From a virus (lineage: Duplodnaviria > Caudoviricetes): a stretch of DNA of 62,516 nucleotides. Shown piece after piece: positions 36,395 to 45,867 of this stretch. The position numbers and the translations under genes were made by a program. The notes beneath the pieces were generated by a model. The model was not told the origin of the DNA. It did no database searches and saw only the letters and a program-made list of their open reading frames with translations. Positions within the stretch are counted from its first letter, which is position 1. Every line of letters starts with the position of its first letter. The stretch lies in the IMG/VR virus record IMGVR_UViG_3300037313_000418, positions 1-62,516 of that record. One strand, 5' to 3'.

Positions 36395-39300
36395 ATGTCC
36401 AGTAATCCGTTTGACCAGTTTGATGCGACCGCAGGCAGTGGCGGGAATCCCTTCGACACGTTCGATGATTCACAAAAAAATAAAGGCAAAGGCGTTCTTG
36501 GCCATGCGCGCGACCTTGGCTTATCACTCGCCAAGGGGGTTGTCGCTGTGCCGGAAGCCGCTGTCGGTCTAGCTGATATCGCTACCGGTGGACAAGCAGG
36601 CAAGGTACTGGCCAATGAGGATGGTGCCATTGGTTTCCGCCCAAAGCAGGCTAAAGAGTTTTTGTCCGATCTGCATACCGACCAGTACAAGGAGCAGCAG
36701 CGCCAGTTCGCTAATGCTGACGGCATCCTCGACAAGACCGTTACCGCCGTCAAAAATCCGTCCCTGATCGCCAATGCTGTAGTCGAATCGCTGCCACTGA
36801 TGGGCGCCGGCGGCGCGGCAGGCCGTGGTGCCATGGCGGTAGCGCCGCGGATCGGTGAACTGGGCGCCGCAGCTGCCGGCGAAGGCATTGTCGGCGCCGG
36901 TTCCTCGGCCGAGCAAATCCGCCAGGAGACCAAAGACGGCTTAATGACGCCAGAGCAAAGCGCGCTGGCTGCCGGCGTGGGTGCCGCAACCGCTGGATTC
37001 GGCGTATTGGGCGGCAAGGCGGCGCAAAAAATGGGAATTGGCGATATCGATACCATGGCCGTGCAAGGCAAGAAAGCCTTGGCGCAGCCGGTCGATGCTG
37101 CTGCCGCTAATAAGGGCATCACGCGACAAGTCATTGAAGGCGCGATCTCGGAAGGCTTGCTGGAAGAACTGCCGCAATCCGTATCCGAAACCCTGATGCA
37201 AAACATCGCCCTGGACAAGCCGTGGAATGACGGGCTGGATGAGTCCATTGTCATGGGCACCCTGTCGGGCATGGCTATGGGTGGCGGTGCTGCTGGTGTG
37301 CACGGCGTTGCCTCCAGCCGGCACGCCGTGCAAGCGCCCGCCACAGAACAAGCGCCAGCCACCGATGAAGGCTTGTCGCTAGCTCCGATCGATCAAGCTG
37401 CGCAGCAGGCGACCGCCAACGACATTGAGGCGTTCCCAGGCGGCACATTGGCGGTTCAACGTGCATTTGATGCGCGCGACAAGAAGAGCCGGCCGCCACT
37501 TTCTATCCTACCGCTCGCACCAACCGATGGGGTTGACTTCGTCCCGAGCGGCATTGCGCCGGTCAAGCCATCCGAGGCCATGAGCCTGGACCCGAACGCA
37601 GGCATGCTGTCGACTGCCGCGGCTACTGCCGTGGATGGTGGTGCACATGCCGTGGCACAGGCGCGAGAACAAGCGCAACTGGCGCTGGAGGAAGCAAGAA
37701 AGGGCGGCAAGGCGGTCATGGAAACCAAGCCGGTCGCTACTGATCTATCGAGCCGTTCTTTCGAGGAGTTGAGCGCGCAATTCCGCATTGCTCAAAACAA
37801 GGAAATCCGCACGGCGATCGCGACCGAGTTACAGCGGCGCCGCGCCGAGCAGAAAGCGACACAAGGAGCAAGCAATGGCCCAGCTGCTGACGTTTTACCC
37901 GGAGTTGCAACAAGCAATCGACCAGGGAATATTGACGCCCCAGCAGGCGTGGATGCTGTACTGGGACGAGCAAGTGAACCCGCACCTTCCGCCGCCGTTT
38001 CAGAACCGGCCGCTGCTGGACAAACTGGAACTGATGGACTTGCAGCCGGGCCCGGGCAGACTGCCGAACTGAAATTGCTAGCTGACTTGGAACAGCCGGG
38101 TTCCACACGCCAGGCGCAGTTTGATGCGCGCCGCCTGAATGCGCAGGCCACGTTGGATGATCTGCGAGCCAAGACGCACGTAGACAAGCAAGACCAGCAG
38201 GATGCACTGGAACAGGTCAAGCAGGAGTTGGACTCTGCCGCTCACGAAGCCGCCACCAGTCCGCAAAATGACCTGCCAGAGCCGACCCAAGCGCAGAAGG
38301 AAGCCGGCAACTACAAGAAGGGCCACACTCGCCTGCATGGCCTGGATATCGCCATTGAAAATCCTGCGGGCTCGATCCGTTCTGGCGTTGATCGTGACGG
38401 CAAGGCTTGGGAAAACCAGCTGCAGCACCACTACGGCTATATCAAGCACACCGAAGGCGCAGATGGCGACCATGTGGATACCTTCATCGGTCCCAAGGCG
38501 GATAGCCAAAATGTCTTTGTGGTGGACCAGATCGACCCGACTACCGGCAAATTCGATGAGCACAAGGTCATGTTGGGATTCGATTCGCTGCCGCAAGCCA
38601 GGATGGCTTACCAAGCGAACTATGCCAAGGGCTGGAAAGGTGGCAAGACCATCACCAAGACCAGCATAGACGAGTTCAAGGCATGGCTGGCCACGGGCGA
38701 TACGAAAGCACCGTTTAGCGGGAAACGTGCGGCGGAACACGGGAAAACCGTTTCGCTCACCGAGCCAAGCGGAACCGCTCCACAATCCGAACCACAAAAT
38801 ATTCCTAAAAATATTCAAGCGAGTGAGAACCAGGATACAGCAAAGGATGATTCCAATGTACCAACCGCTGACCCCCCAGCAAAGAATGCACCCGCTGTAT
38901 CTAATGACGCTACCACCGTTTCTGCTGATGAGCACGTGGCTGCTAATGGTGGAAAGGATGCTGCCGAAGGGCCGGAAGTAGGCAATGCCGATGTGACGCC
39001 GGCCCAGGATGCTGGCACCAAGCGCACGCGCGGCGTGCTGGCGAAGCTTGCCGAACGCAAAGGTGAGGCTGCACAGGATCCATCGACAGCCAAGAAGAAA
39101 CCGACCGAAAAGCAAAAGCAGGCCGCTGCAGTAGAAGCCATGCGCAAGATGCTGGGCGCTGAAGTGGGCGACACGATCACCATGACTTTCAAAGGCAGCT
39201 TCGGCTACCTGACGAGCGGCAAGCCCATGGTCATTGAAAGCATTAATAGCGATAAGAGCATTTATTTTCGTGATCCAGTGAACGGTTCGGGGACGTTTGA

Positions 39301-42300
39301 ATCGCTGTCGTCCATGCAGGCCGCCGCCAGGAATGCATTTGTCAAGTTGACTTGGACTGTAGAGCCAAAAGCAGAGCCGAAGCCGGCGCCGACCGAATCA
39401 GCGCCGGCGCCAGCCGCCAAACCCCAAAGTACACCACAGAATATTCCCGAAAATATTCCAGCTTCCGATGACAGCGCCAAGGCGCAGTCTGCTGCCACAG
39501 CCAAGATATCCGACTTCGGTCAGAAGATCGGCGGCGCCCGCAAGGACGTCTGGACATCATTCAAGGATGAGCTGAATGCCATCGGCGATGACGATATTGC
39601 CAATCAGCCGCTATCCAAGGTATGGCCGGCTCCGGATTACCAAGCGATGATCGATGCCGGCGCGGATCCGTGGATAGTCGGCTTTGCCCGTGCAACCCGC
39701 GATGAAGTGCCGGCAAAGCCGCGCACCAGTTACAAGGTGCGCAACTGGGTCGAGAAGGTCCGCATCCTACGGGAAATGACCACGAATCTGCTGGATGGGA
39801 CCTGGAGCAAGGAAACGGCGAGACGCGAGCTTGCCATGGCCGGCGCGGCATCGCGCGGCATGGCGGACATTGCCGGACGCATCGAGCTTTACACGCTGGT
39901 CGGCCATCGTCAGTCCCTAAGCGGCGTGCGCCTGTCGAGCGGCGAATACATGATGTACAAAGGCATCGAATACAAACCGCCTAAGGTTATGTGGACGGTG
40001 ACGAAAGACAGTTCTGCGACAGCGTTTAGCAACTGGCCGCGAGAATTGGCAATTGGCAACACCAGGCAAGAGGCGCTGGACAACTTCAAGGCCAAGTACG
40101 ATGCCATCGACATCAACCCGGTGCCTTCGAAGGAAGTCACGTTCGACATTTACACCAAACGCGAAGACAAGACGGTCTGGGTCGGAAAAAAAGTGGGGCG
40201 AAACCCGCTCTTGCTGTCCGGCCCATTTAAGACGGTCAAGGATGCGCGCGAGTACAAGGATAATAATCAGGCAGAGCTGGTCGCCAAGCTGGAAAAATCC
40301 AAAGAAATCCCGCGCGAGCGCCGCGACACTAATGAGCCCCGCATCGGCGAAGACATGCGCAACGGCCAGGACGTTACACCGGAAATGTTTGGTGACGCCT
40401 TCGGCTTCCGCGGCGTGGAGTTTGGCAACTGGGTCGAGCAAGGCCGGCGCCAGAAAGACTTGAACGATGCCTATGATGCCTTGATGGACATGGCTGCGGT
40501 TCTGGGCATCCAGCCAAAGGCCATTTCCCTGAATGGCGAGCTCGGCCTGGCGTTCGGCGCGCGCGGCAGCGGTGGCGTCAATCCCGCATCCGCCCATTAT
40601 GAACCTGGTAAGGTCGTCATCAACCTTACCAAGCGGCAGGGTGCCGGTAGCCTGGGGCATGAGTGGTGGCATGCGCTGGACAATTATTTCTCGCGTATGC
40701 GCGCCAAGGGCGGCGACTTCATGACGACCGCGCTGGACGTTTCACTGGCCGCGCGCGGGGCGGATTTCGTTGCCAATACCGCAGTCCGCAGGGAAATGAT
40801 TGCAGCCTTTGGTGAAGTGGTGAAGGCGATCCGGCAAACGTCACTCAAGGCACGTTCCTCGAAACTTGACGCAAAGCGCAGCAAGGAATACTGGACGACC
40901 GGCGAGGAAATGGCCGCGCGTGCGTTCGAGTCATACCTGATTTCGAAGCTGCAGGACCAGAATGCATCGAACGACTACCTGGCGAATATCGTAGCGCCGG
41001 AAACGTGGAAAGCCGCCGAGGCGCTTGGCTTTGAGTTGGACGATAGCTTTCCTTACCCGACCGCCGGCGAAATGCCGCTCATTCGCGCCGGATTTGATCA
41101 CTTTTTCCAGACGATTCAAACCCGCGAAACAGATCAAGGCATTGCGCTGTACGACCGCGGCGGCATGTTCTCGATCGGCATGCCAGTCAAGGAAGTGCAG
41201 GAAGAAGTCAGCCGAATCGCAGCCAGCTGGAAAAATGCACCGAAAATCAATGTGGTTGAGTCAGTCTATGACCTGCCATTCCAAGCGCCGCGCGACATTC
41301 GCGGTGTGTACGCGAAAGGCCAGGTCTGGATTGTGGCCGAGAACAATAATTCGGCTTTGGATGTGCAATCCGTTCTATTCCACGAAGTGCGTGCTCATGC
41401 TGGCTTACGGGGCTTGTTCGGCAGCCGGCTTTATCATGAGCTGCGTGCCATCGCGATGAAGAATGCCGATATCCGTAACCTAGCAACCACCTGGCGGGCG
41501 AAGAATGGCGACTTGCTGACGCAATATAAAGAAAAATACGGCGAGCAGCGCGGTCGGGAAATCTGGCAAATGACGTCAATTGAAGAAGCACTTGCCGACG
41601 TGGCCGGCGAGGGAAAGACCATTACCGGATTTCAGCGATTCATGAACGCGCTGCAAAAGGCACTGCGGGCGATCGGCTTTGATGCGCTGGCTAATTGGTT
41701 GGAAAACCGCACTGATGCCGAAGTCATGGCTTTGCTGGCCAAGGCTCGGCGGTATATTGAGGAAGGCGAGCAAGCAGCGGTGTTGGCTGGCCAGGCAGCG
41801 CCTGCGTATGCGCGCGGTGAACCACAGCGCCCGAGTGTCGATACCGATGACCGCTTAGTCAACATCTTTACTGAAATCGCTAAGCAGGACGATGCCTTCC
41901 GTCTGCCTGGCTCCAACGCTACCAGCTTGGAAACTGTGATCGCTGACATGATGCCAGGCGCGACGGTGGACGATACGGGCAATATCCTCGACTTCCTCAA
42001 CGACGAGGACCGCCAATCGTGGCCGGTGGACCGCTCGTGGGCAATCCGCCCCGGCAAAAATGCTGATGAAGTGGCGTATGTCTACCGGAACAACAAAGCC
42101 AAGGAAGTTTGGCTAGACATATCGAATTGGAAAGAAGGTAAGCAAGGATATGCCGTCTATCAGGTCGTGGCGACCTGGGCGCATAACAATGGTTATACCT
42201 TCATTGGCGACCCGGCCGGACTGTCAGACAAAGCGCTGTACCGCCGTACAGAGCAAATGATTTCATCCGCGCTGCGCCATGGCACGACCAAGCACTTGGC

Positions 42301-45300
42301 GCCGCATGCTCGCCAACTGGAAGCCACTGAGACGCGCGCAGGGCAGGAAGTGCGTCCATTGCGCTGGATCGACGGAGACGATGCAAATAACTTGCGGGAA
42401 ATGCTTGTTTCATCCTACACTAATATCAAACAGATATTTCCCGAGATCGATGATGTCACCTTTAATTTCTCCACAGGTCAGTTCGAACGCGCACCCGTTC
42501 GCGCATCTGGAGGGGCATTATTGGCTGACGAACCCGCTGGCAGAGAACAAGCTGATGCGTCAGGGGTGGAGCAGGGAAGCGATCGAGGCGCTGCCAAACG
42601 AGCAGCTACTGGCGCTGATGAAGGAAGTCGGCGACTCGCACGAGTGGATGCAGTACCTTTCACTGACGCGGATTTCCGATCTCTTGCAGAGTCAGTTCGA
42701 GGCGCTTATGACGTACTCTTTCCATCCAGTCGAGGAGCGTATACGCCTCCGATTGGCGTGTCTGATCTTAAAAGAGCGGTTATCACCGCATCCGTTCTAC
42801 GCGGAGAAAGCAGCGAGGCTGGGCGAGTCCTACTGGATCACGCATCAGAGCGGCTGCTACAACGTGTAAAAAGCTCCCAGCTTAATCAAGTTTTATATAG
42901 CCGTGGCCCTATCCATGATGGGGCGCGTGAATACGCACGCCAGGCCGTCGATACCCTGAACGCCAATTTCAGCGCGCCGGGCAGGCTGTCGTGGTGGCAT
43001 AAGACGGTCGGCACGATGTACAACCTAGCCGAGCGATCCCCATACTTTAAGCCTGTATTCGATGCCGCGCAGGGCTTCATTGACGATGTGAGCCACTACG
43101 CCAATGACGCCGCCGACCTGGCGCCGCGCCTATTGCCGAAGCTGGAAAACTGGCGCGACATCATGAAGTCGCCGATTTCCGCCACCGATAACAAGGCCAT
43201 CGCCCGCCCGATCTTTGAGGGCACACTGTCATGGTCCCGTGGCCTGGATGGCAAGCCGGTGCAGACACTGAAATTAGAGGAAGAAGCCACCGGACTGGAC
43301 GCCAAAGAAAAGGCTGATCGCCTGCTTGCGGCCGACAAGCTAACCCACGGTATGCACAAGGCCTGGCTGGGGATGCCGGAAGAACAGTATGAAAAGCTGA
43401 TCGATTCCCGCTACGAATCGCAGATGCTGCAACCGGGGATTGTCTGGACGGATGCCGAACTGAAATCCATGTTCAACCTGAACGAGGAACAAATCGGCCT
43501 GTACCGCGAATTCCGCGAGGCGACCGACCGTAGCCTGGATACCATGGCACGCGCAGACATGCTGCGTTACGGTGGCGATGACGTGAAGGATTTGCGCAGT
43601 GCGGTCATGGCTGCCGCTGATGCACAAGAGGCGTCTATTCTCTTACGAGACAGGCTGGTGGAACTGTCGCAAACCATGCCGGACCGGGAAGAGCAGCTTA
43701 CCGCACTGGCGCACGGCATCATTGACCGCGCCGACCGGCTATCCGACCTGCAGGGCAAGGGGTATGCGCCGCTGTCGCGCTTTGGTCGCTATACCGTGGA
43801 TGTGGTAGCGGACGGCGAGCGACAATACTTCGGCTTGTTTGAGACTGCCCGCGAAGCCAATCAGATGGCCGAGCGCATGCGCAAGGAATTCGGCAAGGAT
43901 GCGGTCAGCCAGGGCACGATGTCGAACGAGGCCTTTAAACTGTTCGCAGGCATCACACCGGAATCGCTGGAACTGTTCGGCAACATGCTGGGCCTCGATT
44001 CGACTGGCGACGGCGCCCGCGACCAGGCGTTCCAGGAATACCTGCGGCTGACCAAGGCCAATCGCAGCGCCATGAAGCGCCTGATTCACCGCCAGGGCAT
44101 CGCCGGCTTCAGCGAGGATGCCGGGCGCGTGCTGGCTTCCTTCATCTATTCCAATGCTCGCCAGACGGCCGCCGGCTTGAACATGGGCGACTTGGGCGAA
44201 GCGGTGAATGCGATCCCGAAAGAACAGGGCGAACTGAAAGATGCGGCAGTGCGCTTGTCCGAGTACATTAAGAATCCTCAGGAGGAAGCGCAAGCCATCC
44301 GTGGATTGCTGTTTGCCCAATACTTGGGCGGCTCAATCGCTTCGGCGTTTGTCAACATGACGCAGCCTGCGGCGGTTTCCTTCCCTTGGTTGAGTCAGTA
44401 CGGCGGCGCTCGCAAGGCTGCTGCAGCGCTTGGGCGCGCGGCAAAAGAATTGGCCAAGCGTGGGCACCAATATGAGCCGGACCTTGCCAAAGCACTGAAG
44501 CATGCCGAAGAAGATGGCACGGTCAGCCCGCAAGAGGTGCACCAGCTCATGGCGCAGGCGCGCGGTTCCGGTTCGCTGCGCAGTGGTGACGGCACAAAAT
44601 TTGGAGAAGCGCGCGCGCGAGCACAAAACTCGCTTTCTCGCCTTTCCCTGGCATGGGGCAAAGTGTTCGGCGCCGCCGAGCAGGTCAACCGGCGCCTGAC
44701 CTTCATCGCTGCCTACCGGATGGCGAAGGAGCAGGGCATTGCCAATCCCGCTACGTTTGCGCGCCGGGCTGTCACTGAAACGCAGTTCGTCTATTCCAAG
44801 GCATCAAAGATGCAATGGGGCCGCGGTGCGGTCGGCGGAACGCTGATGACCTTCAAGACCTATTCCATCGCTTACCTTGAACTGCTGCATCGCATGTATA
44901 CGCAAGGTGGACCGGAAGGCAAGAAGGCGGCCTTGCTGGCGATGGGCGTATTGATGCTGATGGGCGGCGCGGGCGGCGTGCCGTTTGCCGAGGATGTCGA
45001 AGATGCGGCCGATGGCCTAGCGCAACTGCTGGGCTATAACATCAGCACCAAGAAAGCACGCCAGGAGTTCTTGGAAAACCTGTTTGGCCGCGAGATCGCC
45101 AACTTCATCGACAAGGGTGTGACGGGTTTGCCGGGGGCGCCGCTGGATGTGTCCGGCCGCCTCGGTATGGGTAACCTGATTCCGGGTACTGGGCTTTTCC
45201 AGGAAAAGTCGAGCCATACCCGTGATGTGTTGGAAGTGGTGGGGCCGATGGGCGACTTTGCGCAACGCATCGTGACCGGTGGCCGTAAAATCCTCGGCGG

Positions 45301-45784
45301 CGATATCGGCGCCGGCCTGCTGGAAGTCGCGCCGACTGCCGTGCGCAATGCCGCCAAGGGCGCCGACATGGCGGCCACTGGCATGTACCGCGACGCCAAG
45401 GGCTACAAGGTATTGGACACCACGACGCTGGAAGCGGCCTTGAAAGCGATCGGGTTCCAGCCGCAGTCTGTGGCCACGGTGCAGGAAGCCAATGCCCTCA
45501 ACCAGCAAGCCAAGAACTTCTACAGCCTGAAGGCACAGGAGATCCGCGCCCGCTGGGCACAAGGGATTTTCGAGAAGGATCCGACCAAGGTGCAGGCGGC
45601 ACGCGATGAAATCACCGCCTGGAATGCCAAGAACCCGAACCAGCCGATGATGATCCGCATTCCAGACGTCATGAAGCGCGTGCGCGAAATGGCCAAATCC
45701 AAGGATCAGCGCATTGCCGACGCGGCGCCAAAGGCCATGCGCGCGCAGTTGCGGGATGAAATCGCCCGCAATCGTGAAAATTGA
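36395..45784 (+). CDS. Giant polyvalent virion protein (PLxRFG family) with inorganic-pyrophosphatase-like, LPD5/LPD1-like, zincin and GNAT-like domains
   Basis: 3129 aa; IAIENPAGSIRSG...HYGYI...DGDHVD; DFGQKIGGARKD; GLAFGARG...HEWWH; FHEVRAH; YAPLSRFG. Confidence 0.85.
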   Translation: MSSNPFDQFDATAGSGGNPFDTFDDSQKNKGKGVLGHARDLGLSLAKGVVAVPEAAVGLADIATGGQAGKVLANEDGAIGFRPKQAKEFLSDLHTDQYKEQQRQFANADGILDKTVTAVKNPSLIANAVVESLPLMGAGGAAGRGAMAVAPRIGELGAAAAGEGIVGAGSSAEQIRQETKDGLMTPEQSALAAGVGAATAGFGVLGGKAAQKMGIGDIDTMAVQGKKALAQPVDAAAANKGITRQVIEGAISEGLLEELPQSVSETLMQNIALDKPWNDGLDESIVMGTLSGMAMGGGAAGVHGVASSRHAVQAPATEQAPATDEGLSLAPIDQAAQQATANDIEAFPGGTLAVQRAFDARDKKSRPPLSILPLAPTDGVDFVPSGIAPVKPSEAMSLDPNAGMLSTAAATAVDGGAHAVAQAREQAQLALEEARKGGKAVMETKPVATDLSSRSFEELSAQFRIAQNKEIRTAIATELQRRRAEQKATQGASNGPAADVLPGVATSNRPGNIDAPAGVDAVLGRASEPAPSAAVSEPAAAGQTGTDGLAAGPGQTAELKLLADLEQPGSTRQAQFDARRLNAQATLDDLRAKTHVDKQDQQDALEQVKQELDSAAHEAATSPQNDLPEPTQAQKEAGNYKKGHTRLHGLDIAIENPAGSIRSGVDRDGKAWENQLQHHYGYIKHTEGADGDHVDTFIGPKADSQNVFVVDQIDPTTGKFDEHKVMLGFDSLPQARMAYQANYAKGWKGGKTITKTSIDEFKAWLATGDTKAPFSGKRAAEHGKTVSLTEPSGTAPQSEPQNIPKNIQASENQDTAKDDSNVPTADPPAKNAPAVSNDATTVSADEHVAANGGKDAAEGPEVGNADVTPAQDAGTKRTRGVLAKLAERKGEAAQDPSTAKKKPTEKQKQAAAVEAMRKMLGAEVGDTITMTFKGSFGYLTSGKPMVIESINSDKSIYFRDPVNGSGTFESLSSMQAAARNAFVKLTWTVEPKAEPKPAPTESAPAPAAKPQSTPQNIPENIPASDDSAKAQSAATAKISDFGQKIGGARKDVWTSFKDELNAIGDDDIANQPLSKVWPAPDYQAMIDAGADPWIVGFARATRDEVPAKPRTSYKVRNWVEKVRILREMTTNLLDGTWSKETARRELAMAGAASRGMADIAGRIELYTLVGHRQSLSGVRLSSGEYMMYKGIEYKPPKVMWTVTKDSSATAFSNWPRELAIGNTRQEALDNFKAKYDAIDINPVPSKEVTFDIYTKREDKTVWVGKKVGRNPLLLSGPFKTVKDAREYKDNNQAELVAKLEKSKEIPRERRDTNEPRIGEDMRNGQDVTPEMFGDAFGFRGVEFGNWVEQGRRQKDLNDAYDALMDMAAVLGIQPKAISLNGELGLAFGARGSGGVNPASAHYEPGKVVINLTKRQGAGSLGHEWWHALDNYFSRMRAKGGDFMTTALDVSLAARGADFVANTAVRREMIAAFGEVVKAIRQTSLKARSSKLDAKRSKEYWTTGEEMAARAFESYLISKLQDQNASNDYLANIVAPETWKAAEALGFELDDSFPYPTAGEMPLIRAGFDHFFQTIQTRETDQGIALYDRGGMFSIGMPVKEVQEEVSRIAASWKNAPKINVVESVYDLPFQAPRDIRGVYAKGQVWIVAENNNSALDVQSVLFHEVRAHAGLRGLFGSRLYHELRAIAMKNADIRNLATTWRAKNGDLLTQYKEKYGEQRGREIWQMTSIEEALADVAGEGKTITGFQRFMNALQKALRAIGFDALANWLENRTDAEVMALLAKARRYIEEGEQAAVLAGQAAPAYARGEPQRPSVDTDDRLVNIFTEIAKQDDAFRLPGSNATSLETVIADMMPGATVDDTGNILDFLNDEDRQSWPVDRSWAIRPGKNADEVAYVYRNNKAKEVWLDISNWKEGKQGYAVYQVVATWAHNNGYTFIGDPAGLSDKALYRRTEQMISSALRHGTTKHLAPHARQLEATETRAGQEVRPLRWIDGDDANNLREMLVSSYTNIKQIFPEIDDVTFNFSTGQFERAPVRASGGALLADEPAGREQADASGVEQGSDRGAAKRAATGADEGSRRLARVDAVPFTDADFRSLAESVRGAYDVLFPSSRGAYTPPIGVSDLKRAVITASVLRGESSEAGRVLLDHASERLLQRVKSSQLNQVLYSRGPIHDGAREYARQAVDTLNANFSAPGRLSWWHKTVGTMYNLAERSPYFKPVFDAAQGFIDDVSHYANDAADLAPRLLPKLENWRDIMKSPISATDNKAIARPIFEGTLSWSRGLDGKPVQTLKLEEEATGLDAKEKADRLLAADKLTHGMHKAWLGMPEEQYEKLIDSRYESQMLQPGIVWTDAELKSMFNLNEEQIGLYREFREATDRSLDTMARADMLRYGGDDVKDLRSAVMAAADAQEASILLRDRLVELSQTMPDREEQLTALAHGIIDRADRLSDLQGKGYAPLSRFGRYTVDVVADGERQYFGLFETAREANQMAERMRKEFGKDAVSQGTMSNEAFKLFAGITPESLELFGNMLGLDSTGDGARDQAFQEYLRLTKANRSAMKRLIHRQGIAGFSEDAGRVLASFIYSNARQTAAGLNMGDLGEAVNAIPKEQGELKDAAVRLSEYIKNPQEEAQAIRGLLFAQYLGGSIASAFVNMTQPAAVSFPWLSQYGGARKAAAALGRAAKELAKRGHQYEPDLAKALKHAEEDGTVSPQEVHQLMAQARGSGSLRSGDGTKFGEARARAQNSLSRLSLAWGKVFGAAEQVNRRLTFIAAYRMAKEQGIANPATFARRAVTETQFVYSKASKMQWGRGAVGGTLMTFKTYSIAYLELLHRMYTQGGPEGKKAALLAMGVLMLMGGAGGVPFAEDVEDAADGLAQLLGYNISTKKARQEFLENLFGREIANFIDKGVTGLPGAPLDVSGRLGMGNLIPGTGLFQEKSSHTRDVLEVVGPMGDFAQRIVTGGRKILGGDIGAGLLEVAPTAVRNAAKGADMAATGMYRDAKGYKVLDTTTLEAALKAIGFQPQSVATVQEANALNQQAKNFYSLKAQEIRARWAQGIFEKDPTKVQAARDEITAWNAKNPNQPMMIRIPDVMKRVREMAKSKDQRIADAAPKAMRAQLRDEIARNREN
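37875..38072 (+). CDS. Nested +1-frame 65-aa gene inside the giant gene
   Basis: AAGGAG RBS then ATG; MAQLLTFYPELQQAIDQGILTPQQAWMLYWDEQ...; host frame is a low-complexity linker here. Confidence 0.6.
   Translation: MAQLLTFYPELQQAIDQGILTPQQAWMLYWDEQVNPHLPPPFQNRPLLDKLELMDLQPGPGRLPN
38856..38981 (+). CDS. Nested +1-frame 41-aa hydrophobic peptide
   Basis: AAGGA upstream of ATG; MYQPLTPQQRMHPLYLMTLPPFLLMSTWLLMVERMLPKGRK. Confidence 0.35.
   Translation: MYQPLTPQQRMHPLYLMTLPPFLLMSTWLLMVERMLPKGRK
42450..42869 (+). CDS. Nested +1-frame helical protein (start uncertain: 42450 or 42555)
   Basis: Frame open from 42279; protein-like amphipathic helices (WSREAIEALPNEQLLALMKEV...RIRLRLACLILKERL). Confidence 0.45.
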   Translation: MMSPLISPQVSSNAHPFAHLEGHYWLTNPLAENKLMRQGWSREAIEALPNEQLLALMKEVGDSHEWMQYLSLTRISDLLQSQFEALMTYSFHPVEERIRLRLACLILKERLSPHPFYAEKAARLGESYWITHQSGCYNV

Positions 45785-45786
45785 TC

Positions 45787-45827
45787 CCCTGTAGGGTTCG
45801 CAGATCGCCCCTCTAGTGTTGGACACT
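45787..45827 (+). promoter_or_regulatory. Late promoter motif, copy 4
   Basis: CCCTGTAGGGTTCG-N21-GACACT upstream of the fibre/lysis operon. Confidence 0.75.
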
Positions 45828-45867
45828 GCCGGCATGAAAACGGCAATCCAATACGACGAGGCGGCAC

